Assembly (NCBI RefSeq): GCF_009914755.1
Contig: NC_060938.1
DNA: 64,000 bases
Reading direction: 5' to 3' (one strand)
From: the human T2T-CHM13v2.0 reference genome, Homo sapiens
Positions 46,140 through 58,746 of the stretch are shown one piece after another. The notes under the pieces are model-generated. The model had not been told where the DNA came from. It was given only the letters and a program-made list of their open reading frames with translations, and did no database searches. The position numbers were made by a program, and so were the translations under genes. Within the stretch, counting starts at the first letter, position 1. Every line of letters begins with the position of its first letter.

Positions 46140-46668
46140 TTAAATTCATTTGGTATAAGAGAAGCCTCTGGTACTTCATGTTGTATCCTCTCAGCTTATT
46201 TCTGATTACAGCCATGACTGTGGTGGACAGTTGATGCAAGTTTAGTCTTAGTCTGATAGTGTCCCACTTCAAGCATGCACTGTGTGTTTTTCAGCCTTCT
46301 GCCCCAGCGTCTTCTCCAAAGATACAGGAGCTTGCTGGACCCACTTGCAAGGGAAGCCTGGAAGTTGGGGAGTTAATGTCTTCACGGCACTCTCAATCAG
46401 TGAGGCATGAGGTTAGTGGACAAATGCTCTACCTTTCTGCCATTGGGTGGGCCATTCTGGAAGGCATTCTACTTATTTCTCAAAGGTCCAGGTGTAATTT
46501 CTCAAAGGTCCAGCCACCTTTGCCGAGCAAATGCCTTGATAACCTTTTATTGATAGCTTTTATTTTCCTGCCCTGCTCTCTTTACTCTCACTCCTACCTC
46601 CCAGGGTCATCTCCCAAGTAAGCTATCTGCACCCAAATACTTCTTAGGCAGGAACCGAAACTAAGACA
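46140..46668. mobile_element. LTR16-like ERVL LTR
   Basis: Terminal CAGGAACCGAAACTAAGACA and CTCCCAAGTAAGCTATCTGCACCCAAAT motifs. Approximate. Confidence 0.5.
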
Positions 46669-49600
46669 GAGGCATTTCCTAGAAGTTTAGGAACAAATAC
46701 TTCCCTTTTAAACCCCTGTCATGGCAGGGGAGATTAGAAAGGCAAGCTTAGAGCTCACTGGGTATGCCCTCATGTTTTGTTACTTGCATCACATTGCCAG
46801 ATGTCCATTTGGCACTAGGACTGCACCAGTGCCACACACTGATCTTGAAAAGGATCTGGACCACATTCCCAGTTATTGGCATGTACTTACCTTTGTTTTT
46901 TATTGAGGGGACATGTTGCTGTGACACAGAACAGCAATGAGGAGGAATGACCTTTAGTGCTCAAAGCCTGACTCTATGACTCAGCAGATACCTTTGGGCC
47001 TGTTACTAAACCTCAGTTTATACTTCTGGAAAGTGAGGATAATAATACCAACCTCATTAATTTGTTGTGAAGATAAAATGAAAATCATATAAATGTAAGG
47101 TTTTATAGATTGTAAAAGACCTTAAAAAATATTGGAGTCCCCGTTGCATATTCATTATGAACATCAGGAGTAAAACTACTTGAGTCCAACTTACTAGTTA
47201 TGTAACTTTGGGCAGGTTACTCTTTGTACCTATTTCCTCTTCTTTCAATGGAGATAATGACAGTACCTACTTCGGAGGGTTCTTGAGAAGATAAAATGAG
47301 ATGATAAAATTCATGTAAAGAATTTAAATGGTACCTGAAACATGGTTAATAAACATTAAGTATTATTATTAATAAATGTTAAGTATTATTAAATGTTGTG
47401 TAAACAAGTTATTGAGTGCCTGAAGTAGGCAAAGTTCTGTGCAGGAAACAATATTGTTGTGTTGTATTGTGTATTGTATTGTAAGCATCTGATGTTACTT
47501 ACCTTGATAAATATAGCCCTTTTTCAAATATGTACAATACCAAGCAGTCTGTACAGAAAACTGATGGAAGGCTAGAGTTGAGCAGAGCAGGCACTGAAGG
47601 ATGGTTACTATTTTGACATATGGAGATGCAGACTGGGTGTTTTGGTCAGCAAGAGGTACAAAAGCAAAGGCACAGACATAGGAATGTCATGGGATTTAAG
47701 GCTAGAGAAGTGTGTTGGGTCTAGATTGTAGAGTTCAGAATTGCAGGCCCTGGAGTCTGGATTCTCTCTGGAGAGCAGGAGAGAGCCAGTGAAGGACTTC
47801 TGAGCAATGTGATGTGAACAGACCACCACTTAAGAAAATTAACCTGATGGCGGCTTGTGTAAAAGAACAGCCGAGGGAAGGCCTAGACACCAAGAGATCA
47901 GTTGAAGGAAATGTGCAGTACTCTAGAGGTGAAGTGATAAGGGCCTGAACCAAACTAGGGCAGTGGTAGCAGAAAAGTCAAGACAGATGTGAGAGGCATA
48001 TTGTTAAACAAGCCAAGAGGATGATAGGTTCTTTACTGGGTACTCAGAACAGAGCTTACCTACCTGGTTCACCTCAACAGATAGCATAGTCAATATACAA
48101 ATAACCAGGGACTCATACACAGGTGCACAGCACATTCATACTTATGGTATGCTTTTGTGGGGTTCACAAAAGGTAACCTTTCCACCACGAGGCTTATGCT
48201 TTATCATGCTGAAGTCCTTTGAAAGGTGACACTGGAAACATTTAAAGAGGAATTAACAATAGGTAGTAGCAAGTGTACACATTTCTTGAGCAGTAACTAT
48301 TCCTGCTGATGAATTATTCATGACATTAGGTTGACCCTGTAAACATTACTGCAGAGTCGCTGTTGAATATTATTAGTATTATTATCCTTATTTTACAATT
48401 AAGAACATAATGGTTCAAAATGAGAACCTTATAAGCTCTCAAATCCTGCCCATCCTTTCAATGTTTTCACAAATGTCATTTCCTTCCTGAGGAATTTTCA
48501 GAGCTGGGAGCAATCTGAACTCACTGAATGCTTATATTCTTTCATCACATATAGAGCTTGCGTTAGAGTCATTTGTGTGTATGTGTTATCTCATGTATTA
48601 GACTGTAAGTTTCTTTAAGATAGAGGCTTTTGTATTCATTTTTGTATTCCCCATAGAATCCTAGTGCCTGACACATAGTAGGGGGCTCAATAAATGTTTG
48701 TAGAATTGATTAAAGTGTGAACACTAAAAAGCCCGAGTCTGCTGTGGATATGTTTATTTGGATGTATAATTGGCAGTTTCCCCATGGATCCCTTCAAGAG
48801 TGTGTTGATACCTTAGCAGCTCTTTGAAGTTATGGTGCATTTAATTAAATGTGTTATCTTTTTAGAGATCTTGTACCAAGAAAATAGATTGCATATTATA
48901 ATGTATTCATTGTTCATTCCAAAAAAAGACCTATGCATCTGTTTAAGTATTCAGTTAACAAAGATACCAGAGATGAGAAATAACAGGTGTTCCAAGTAAT
49001 TACCAATTCTAGTCAACCAAAAATTAGATGTTTTAAAATCTTCTCTTTTCTATTTCATATTCTTTTTTTTTTTTTCCTTTTGATCAGAAGTGATTCCTTC
49101 CTAGATAATTCCACATGGTTCTGTTTTTCCTATTGTCTTGACATTGTGTAAGAATTTGAAAAAGAATGTTGCAATCTGTTTCTCTGAACTGTGGTTTATC
49201 AAGAGGATCTGTTTTAAGCCAAAGAGAGTTTCCTTGTATGGGATCATGCTAGGAGGTTGTGCGCGCCTTGCAGGCAAATGGAGGACTGCAGCCTCATGGA
49301 ATTGTGCTGCTGTGGGGGCTGTAGGCTCCTGGCCCTCTTGGAGGGTGGATACTCCATGCCTTGTATCATATAGCTTTTAGCTGCCAGCATCTGCTAGGCT
49401 TTGGAATACCCAACTCTGATTTTGTGGGAGGCTTTTATGGTATTACGGCACTGTTTCTCAAATAGGGTTGATCATAAGACCCACTTTGGTTGCTTGTAAA
49501 AATGTTAAATCTCAGGCCTTACTCTAGAAAGAAACTGCAGGAGAGGGGCCTAGAATGTCTGTTTTTTGTTTTTGTTTTTGTTTTTGTCAAGTACCTTAGA

Positions 49601-49692
49601 CAAGTCTTATGATCAGGCAAATTGAAGCACTTTCATATACTGGCTTAAAATAACTGGCTGCAGTAACTTATACTTAACTGGCCATGTGAATC

Positions 49693-49983
49693 TTTTCTTT
49701 TCTTTTTCTTTTTTTTTTTTGAGAACGGTCTCACTCTTGTCACCCAGGCTGGAGTGCAGTGGTGCTCACTGCAACCTCTACTTTCCAGGCTCAAGCAATC
49801 CTCCCACCTCAGCCTCCCAAGTAGCTGGAACTATAGGTGCATGACACCACACTTGGCTAATTTTTATAGCAACAAGCTCTCACTATATTGCCCAGGCTGG
49901 TCTCAAACCCTTGGGTTCAAGTGACCCTCCTGCTTTGGCTGCCAAAGTGTTAGGATTTCAGGTGTGAACCACTGTGCCCAGCC
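49693..49983 (-). mobile_element. AluJ inserted in a MIR
   Basis: T-tail plus diverged Alu arms; flanking repeat CCATGTGAATCTT / CCATGTGAGTCTT. Confidence 0.88.
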
Positions 49984-52900
49984 CCATGTGAGTCTTAAGC
50001 AACTTAAATCCCCTCTCTAATTTAGTTTCCTCAACTGAAAAATGGGGATAATTATAGTACCTACCTATTGTTAGGATTTTAGAGAGGATTAAAGTAAATG
50101 ATAATGTATGTTAAATACTTAGCAAAGCACCTGGGACAGAGTAAGCACTCAATAAATGTCAGCTATATAGTGAACTCTTCTCCCCTATTATTATATCAGC
50201 AATCTTGCCTTCTAGAGGATGTTTATATACATCCCTAGTTCACTTTACTCAGCAGGAAATCTTTCCTGTCTAGTTTGAAAAGATTCTTTGAGGATCCCCT
50301 GGGAGATCACAGTATTTTAGAATTGGAAAGGACTTAGATGCCTTATAATCCGGTACCCCAATTTTGTTTGCTCATTTTTGGTCTACTCCCTCTTCATTTT
50401 CAGTTAACTTCCAATTCATGTGTAGTTGAAGCTTGTCCTTCAAGGACAATCACCCTTCTACCAGCTACCTAGACTGGGAACATGGATAACCTTCCAGACA
50501 GAGCCCTCTCATGCCCAGAAAAGGCCCTGCTCTGCTGTTCCTTTGATGGTTAGAAGGTTTGCCCTTCCGGCAAACATAGCCGCTTTGCCTCCCTTGCCCA
50601 AAGAGAAGTTCTATGAATGCTTGTCCTGAATTTTAAAAACCAACATGTTTTCCTCACTATTAGCCATCTAAGAGTTAGTCTTACTAAGTTTTTGTTATGT
50701 TTGTCTAGTTCTCTGTCTACTTAGATAAACCTGAATCAGTGTTATCTTTATTAGACCATGTATTCTTGAAAGTCAAAGATTTCCATTTTTTCCATTGCCT
50801 TCTGGAAAAATTCTGTCTAATTACATAATAAAGGCACAAAAACATGATGCCGATGCTGATCATAAATACTCAGACTATTATAATGTCTTTGTCTCAGTAA
50901 AATTCTTTTGGTCCTGTGATTCCATCTCATTTTAAGGACAATTTAATGCACGATTAATCTTTGTCCCCTGCATTTCTCCAATTTTAAGAACCACTTCTTT
51001 GTGTGTGCTAATTTGTCAAGCAAAACTTTAACAAACACCTCCTGGAAATTTAGAATAGAGAATTTTGAGGCATTCATTTGATTTTCTTGGCATTTACTTC
51101 CTTAAAGAAGTCAAAAAATTATTGAAGCATGACTTTTTCATTCCAGAGACTGCATTGGCTATCCTTAATCAAGCTGTGCTTTTCTCAGTGTTCCCCATTT
51201 AATCTCCTAAAATACTTCCTAAGACTTTGCCCCCTACAATGGAATCAAAACTAAATGGTCTGTAATTTCCTCAAGTGTTCCCAGATCCTGTTGTAAATAA
51301 TGACATTGTGCTGGCCACTTTCCAGTCTGAATGAAGTGACCTTGTAAAAATGTCTGCTTACTCTTCTATAACGTCTTTTTCTACTTTCTGTAGGGCTCTT
51401 GCATACAGCTTGGCAAACAATACCTATTCCAAGAAACACCATTCTTCACCTCAGTCGTGTTATTTGCTTCATATAGGCAGTACCGTATCCAGAGCTAAAA
51501 GACTTATGCTTAAAAGTTAATTAGTATTTTAAAATAAGGAATTATAGGTACACTGTGGTAGGAGGCCAGCCTGTATGACCTATGAATATTTGAATTGACA
51601 GGAAGAAAATCTATTGTGGTTTGTAAACTCTTCAAAAAAATGTTGAACTTCCATTCAATCATTAGATAGCTTTTATTGTATTCATGTTCAATATCTTTTT
51701 TTAATAAAAAAGAAAACATTTCCTACTTTATAACACAAAACATTTAAAATTAGTTATTCCAAGCTGGCAGTTAGAAAAGAAGTATTTCACCCTCTTGGTA
51801 GAGACAGTTGTTCTTTCTGAGCAATTACATTGTATTCAAATGAGAAATATGTGATTTCTGGTTATACCAATGCTTTCCCCCTCTTCACCCCAAAGAGGAT
51901 CAGGACATCTGGCATTGCCTAGGAAAAAGCAGCTAAACTCACTGAAGGGGCAGGGTACTTCTCACATGAAGACAGACTAAAAATACAAAAACCTATTAGT
52001 GTGAAATAACAAAAGCTTACAGGGGAGAAATAACTAGGACCTCTGAATCCTAAGCTATGTGGGACCACCGGCTAGACAAGCTAATTAAACTTTGCAACCC
52101 CCATTTGTTATGGCCCACATGGGCATATGAGTTTTATGAATTAGATACAAGTTACTGCAACTAAAAGAAGTTAAATAGATGGAGATATTGGTAGTGTTCA
52201 ACCCAATGACAGTGATTTTATTATTTTCTTTAAGAAAAACCAAAGGGTAATAAATTTATGGGAGCATTTTGGACTTGATAAATCAAATCAAAATTTAAAA
52301 ACATTCTTGGAAGTTATAAAGCTAACAAATAGACCAGCAAAATTTTTTCTTCGTAAAATAAGAGCAAAATAACTATTTAAAAAATGACTGTTTCTGATTT
52401 TTGGCAAAGTGATTACCTTTGCTTGTGCTTTCATAAGTATAAACATTACATGCATTTGTGGGGGCCAGTGTGTACTCTTTTACCTTCCCTTGGCATTGCT
52501 CATCTCTATCAAACACCTACAACACAGTGTGCTCCATTATAGGAGACTGGCAGCACGGTTCTATTTAATTAACTAATTGGATGACTCATCCTACACCTAA
52601 ATTAGCATTATTAGGTCTTTTATAATGATTGTTGAAGCATTGTAAATTAATTTTCTTACTGGCTATAACCATTATTTGCTGCTATCACAATATTAAGAGA
52701 TAATCCATGCACAGTGGGAAATCTCTATGGGCAGAAAATGAATGTGGTCATCCTTGGATCACCAATTAGGAAACCTATTGTGTGGCAAAAACATGATTTC
52801 TATGCTGTAATATGATCAAATAACCATTAATTACCTTCACTAGTAAGAATTACCTTCTTTGTTGGAGAAGTATTGCATTACATATTATAGTTCAAAAATG

Positions 52901-54145
52901 TCAGGAGAAACCAGCAACAAAAACATCAATTTCTAAAAATGATACATGTAATCTAAATCATATTAACCTAACATGCTACATGTCAGGTTAAATTAGCATA
53001 AGCTTTGTTACAGAACCTGAATAATATAGCTTATCTCTTAGCCCTTAGATGTATTGATTAAATAGGTCATCCTCACCTGTCTACAAATACAAATATAATC
53101 AAACTGCACTGTTCTCTAGGGAACTGAATGGCAAAAAAACTCTAGTAAGCATCCAATCCAGGCCTGTTTCCTTGCCTAATACAGAGATGACAGAATGAAG
53201 ATAAGCAAGTCCCTGCAGCCCAGTGTGTGACTGTGTGTGTGCATGTGTGTGTTTGTGTCTATATGCGTAAATATGCATACTTCCTATGGACAGAGTCCAG
53301 GAGCTTTCATGAGATTCTAAAGGGGATCTGTGACAGACACCTTGCCCCTCCAAAGTGCGCTGACTTAAAAGGTTTATGGAAGCAGCCACTGTGCCAGACT
53401 GCTTCTGCATGATTTCACCATTCAGCAGCCATGAATGATTGCGAGTGCCAACCTGAGGTCTGTCTTGCTTAGCTTGGCCGTTACAGCCTCCCTGGGCAGA
53501 GGTGTGGTGTGATGGTCAAGAGAGGGAGCCCTACATTAGACTCTAGGGCGTGTTCCTAACTCCTACCCTTTATAAGCTGTGCCACCTTAGGCAAGTTACC
53601 CTAGCTTCTTTATGGCTCAATTTTAAGACATTACTCACCTCAAAACTTTGTCATGACTATATATATTCTCAGAGTGAATATAAACCAGAAACCATAAAAT
53701 GAAAGTCTAATAAATTTGACTACACAAAATTAAAATCGCTGCAGGACTATAATGATCATAGATAAAAATGATTCAAAATGATATATTTATTTTGAAATAA
53801 TTCAGCAGGGCAGCAGAAGAGAAGCAGTGTGGTGGGGGTGGGGGATGGGTATTAAATGAATTAAGTTTTTTATGTATTTTGATAATGCTGGGTAGGTATT
53901 TGGACCATAAGAATTTATTAAGCTATTCTTTCTATTCTGTATATGTTTGAAATTTTCTGACTAAAATATTTAAAAGTAAAAATAAAACATTAAAAGACCA
54001 TAGACAATATCAGAAGAATAATGACAAATTAAGGAAAAAGATATAAGATATATAACACCTAAGGGACTAATTTCCCTAATATATAAAGAAGCCAACAAAT
54101 CAATAGGAAAAAGAACAACAAAGCGACATTTTAAAAAGAGAAAAT

Positions 54146-54440
54146 GGCTAGGCACAATGGCCTTTTTCTGTATTGCCAACACTTTGGCAGGCCAAGGCAG
54201 GAGGATCACTTGAGGCCAGGAGTTCAAGACCAGCTTGGGCAACATAGCAAGACCCTATATCTGAAAAAAATAAAAATAAGTTAGCTGGGCATGGTGTCTC
54301 AAGTCTGTAGTCCTAGCTACCTGGAGGCTGAGGCTGGAAGACTGCTCGAACCCAGAAGGTTCAAGCTTCAGTGAATCATGACCACACCACTACGCTCCAG
54401 CCTGGATGACAGAGTGAAACCCTGTCTCTAAAAAAGTTTA
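54146..54440 (+). mobile_element. AluJ within old L1ME-like sequence (~53690-55340)
   Basis: Diverged Alu dimer with A-tail; flanks carry L1ME-like 3' motifs. Confidence 0.85.
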
Positions 54441-55810
54441 AATTAAATTAAAATTTTAAAAATAAAAATAAAAACAAAAGAAGTGCAGTCAATTTACAGA
54501 AAAGAGGAAAACTACATCAAGTAATGCTTATTTTATTTTTATTATTTTAATAAGATTTAGATAGTTTCTTTTAATTTAAATACATATATTTATTATAAAT
54601 TTTTATTTATATTTTTATGAACTGAAATTTTATTGTATTTAAAATACATTAAGTAATGATCATTTTATTCATAACAGGAGAAATACAAATTAAAACAACA
54701 GTGAAAGTTCACTTTTGACTGATCAAATTGACAAAGATCAGAAAATTTGATAGTACATTGTAGGTGAGTATAAAGTAGCACAACTTTTTTGGAGAGCAAT
54801 TTTATAATATCTGTGAAAAGTTAAAAAGCACATTCCTATTAACTCATAAATTCCATTTCTGGGAATTAGCTTTCATATATACTTACACATGAATTCAAAG
54901 CAAAACATATATGGATATTCGATACAGTTGGTTGTAACAGTAAAAGATCTGCAACATTCTAAGTGTCTGTTAGGAGGGAACTGGTTAAAGAGATTATAGC
55001 GCATCTGTAGAATGGAATACTAAGAAGCAGTTTTTAAAAATGAAGCAGCTCTATAATAGCAGTATGAGCTGATCTCTAATACATTGAAAATGAAAAAAGC
55101 AAGAAGTATAACGGCATATTAGTACATGGTCATTTGTGTAAAAACATATACATGTATATGTTTGCATATGCACAGAATATGATGTATCCCTAGAAGGATA
55201 TACAAAAAGTATAGCAGTAGTTGCCTTAGGAAAGGGGAAATGAGATATGGAAAGATATAGGCATGGGAGGGAGTCTTACCTTTCACTCCATATGCTTCTG
55301 TTCTTTTAAATTTTTTTTACATGGTTATATATTAGCTATTTGTAAATGTATTTTTTACATTTAAGTACTTAGAATAGTGTTGGTATGTATCAAATACTCA
55401 ATAAATGTTATCTACTCTTGTTATTATTATTCCACTGTTACTCCAACCACCATTTCTGGCCTTATCTTTCACTACATCACTGCAAAACCTTTTTACGACC
55501 ATTAAAGTGAATAATAACCAGTCCCCAAATATTCCATATGGTTTGCTATTTCCATGCTTATATTCATGTGCTTACTTCTACTTGGAAGGCCATTTTTCCA
55601 TCTTTACCTGTTGAAATTCTACTTATTCTTCAGGGTCCAATTCAAATAACACCTCCTCCTGAATTATATACTAGCCCTATAACCTTGAAATATTTATGTA
55701 ATTGTGTCTCAGTTTTCTTATCTGTTAAATGAGATATAATAGAAACTGTAAAGATTAAGTGTGATAAGGTGAGTAAACCTACTCATGCATTTATTCAACA
55801 TCTAGTTCTT

Positions 55811-56114
<304 letters not shown>

Positions 56115-56632
56115 CTATTTTATATAGGGATTACAGTATTCACTAGGGCTAGAACCACAGAAAAGTTGACAGTATCTCTGTCCTCATGAAGCTCACAGTC
56201 TAGAAAGGAAATTTGAATACAGTTGATAAATGCTATGGCAGCTGTAAGCATAGGGTATGGAAATACAGAGGAGGGGCATCTAACCAAAAAAAAAAAAAAA
56301 AAAAAAAGCAAACCCATGGGAGAAATAGTTGGGTTGGAAAGAAAGTCAGAAACAAAATCAGATTTGTTTTGCTTCAGAACTTTGAGTGATCTTAAAGAAT
56401 TTATTTACAAGCAGGAAGCAGCAGAAAATTTAGAAAGATTAGTCTTGATACCTCTCAGGGTCATTGGTCTCTGTGCTTCTGATAATCTAAGGAAATTCAC
56501 CGAAAACCTCCAGTAGCCACCTGCTCTTTGCCCTGACAGTTCTCAAGGAAGTGGTCCTCCTGCTGCCCCAAGCCTGTCAGCCTCCATGAAACCAAGCCTT
56601 CCACACTATAATACAGAAAAGTAAAGTCTTTG

Positions 56633-57696
56633 CTTTCCGGGCTACCTTGTAGCAATTTGAGGCTCTGTCATCAGTTTCTGCTACGTTTCAAAGATCCAGG
56701 AGAAGCTTAGTGTTGTGTCAAGACGCCGATGGACCCATCACAGTTTAATCCAACCTACATCCCAGGGTCTCCACAAATGCTCACCGAAGAAAATTCCCGG
56801 GACGGTTCAGGGGCCTCTCAAATCTCCTCCGAGACGTTGATAAAGAACCTTAGTAACTTGACTATCAACGCTAGTAGCGAATCTGTTTCCCCTCTATTGG
56901 AAGCTTTACTCCGTCGAGAGTCTGTGGGGGCAGCAGTCCTCAGGGAAATCGAAGATGAGTGGCTTTACAGCAGGAGAGGAGTAAGAACACTGCTGTCTGT
57001 GCAGAGAGAAAAGATGGCAAGATTGAGATACATGTTACTGGGCGGAGTTCGTACGCATGAAAGAAGACCAACAAACAAGGAGCCTAAGGGAGTTAAGAAG
57101 GAATCAAGACCATTCAAATGTCCCTGCAGTTTCTGCGTGTCTAATGGATGGGATCCTTCTGAGAATGCTAGAATAGAGAATCAAGACACCAAGCCACTTC
57201 AGCCATAAATCTTATTCTTGCACCTTTTTTTCTTGCTAGTAATTTTATATAGCAGGTTGAGAAAGCTACTCTATGCTAGTATAGACTATACACCAATAAT
57301 TTTGATAATGAGTTCTAGGATGTATTTTTCTTGTATCTTTTTCTTCCTACTATGATACTAGTAATTCATAAGGGATCTGTGTAATCTGAATGTATTTGAA
57401 TAACTTTAGCTCTACTGTTTGATTTGACCCAAAGAAGCCAAGACGATGTAAGTATTCCCATGTGTCTTAGAAGCCCAAAGTCAGTGAGATGAAACCCAAC
57501 ATCAAGAAATTGAAGCAAAGTTACTTGTGGATAAAGAAAGCATTAGGTAGTTTGGCTATAGCATAATTAGATTTTCTGGCTTTCAAAAATTTGGATTGCA
57601 ATCACAGCAAACTTTGTTATTTTTACAGTTTTCAGTACAAAAGTGTTTATATAGAAACAATAAAGTTGACATTTGAGTACCTTTAAAAAAAAGAAA
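56633..57696 (+). pseudogene. DPPA3P2: Processed DPPA3/STELLA retrocopy (DPPA3P2 / STELLAR)
   Basis: Intronless 5'UTR + ORF + 3'UTR, AATAAA 57659-57664, A-tail from 57685, perfect TSD AGAAAAGTAAAGTCTTTG at 56615-56632 and 57697-57714. Confidence 0.93.
56729..57208 (+). CDS. DPPA3P2: Intact 159-aa DPPA3-like ORF inside the retrocopy (translation unproven)
   Basis: MDPSQFNPTY...DTKPLQP is full-length, with no frameshift or premature stop relative to recalled human DPPA3. Confidence 0.6.
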   Translation: MDPSQFNPTYIPGSPQMLTEENSRDGSGASQISSETLIKNLSNLTINASSESVSPLLEALLRRESVGAAVLREIEDEWLYSRRGVRTLLSVQREKMARLRYMLLGGVRTHERRPTNKEPKGVKKESRPFKCPCSFCVSNGWDPSENARIENQDTKPLQP

Positions 57697-58400
57697 AGAA
57701 AAGTAAAGTCTTTGACTGAAGAATCAGGCAGATCTCTAGGTAGTGTAGCTAGGAGAAATAAAAGTTGAACTTAGCTGTTCCTTTGTAAGAACCAAGGGAC
57801 AGGGCCTTCCAGTATTAGGAGTTCCAACAGATACCCCTCCTCAGCCCTCCAACCTGCCCACTTTTACCAGAGGTGCCCTCCTCATCTGAGCTCCCTTTCC
57901 TCCTTCTGGTCTCCCCACCCCTCCTCATCCCAGATCTGTCTTTAAGTTCTCAGTTAGGTGACCCCAGTGCTCTCTGGAAGAAACCCTACCCCATTCCTCA
58001 GGAGGGAGCTACTTCCTGTGGCTCCTTCTCATACTTGCAAACTCAAGCAGGGCTTTAGGTTTGGCCCAGATGTGAGTTGAAGTTCCCCACTCAGTCTGTA
58101 GCATCCAGAAGACTATTTTCATTCCCTTAAGAAAATTTACAGAATTTGATAAAATCTGCCTGCCCCACAAGTGTACAACTGATAAGCTGTAATACATTTG
58201 AGCACTGAATTTTTCAGGAACACGTCTCCCCTCAGTGCCAATCCCTTAGGGCCATCAGGTTTGGCAAACAAGCACGTTGAAGATGGAGTATGAAGTTTGT
58301 TTTTTATTAAATAGAACATTGTTGGCATTTTCTTCCAAGAAAAAATTGCTACATAACTAGATATGTCAACTAACAAAGATGGAGATAACAGAACATAAGG

Positions 58401-58746
58401 TGATATGGTTTGGGTCTGTGTCCCCATCCAAATCTCATGTTGAATTGTAATCCCTAGTGTTGGATGTGGAGCCTGGTGGGAGGCGATTAAATCATGGGAG
58501 TGGTTTCTAATGGTTTATCACCATCTCCCTAGTGCTGTCTTGTGATAGAGTTCTCAAGAGATCTGGTAGTTCAAAAGTGTGTGGCACCTTCCCCTCCCCT
58601 CTCTCTCTCCCTCTCTGCCATGTGAAGAAGGTGCTCACTTACACTTTGCCTTCTGCCATGAGTGTAAGTTTCCTGAGGCCTCCCCAGCCATGCTTCCTGT
58701 ACAGCCTTTGGAACTGTGAGTCAATTAAACCTTTTCTTCATAAATT
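58401..58746 (+). mobile_element. MSTA LTR lacking U5 and ending in poly(A)
   Basis: TGATATGGTTTGG start; ATTAAA 58724-58729; A-tail from 58747 replaces the expected ...CCCAGTCTCAGG...CTAATACA end. Confidence 0.85.

Noticed and set aside
56223-56516. 97-aa ORF with poly-Lys upstream of DPPA3P2
   Set aside because: Non-ATG start, and the poly-Lys comes from an A tract in L2-like sequence; no homology recognised.
58478-58498. DUX4 site in the MSTA LTR
   Set aside because: The local sequence CGATTAAATCA departs from the TGATTRRRTTA consensus.
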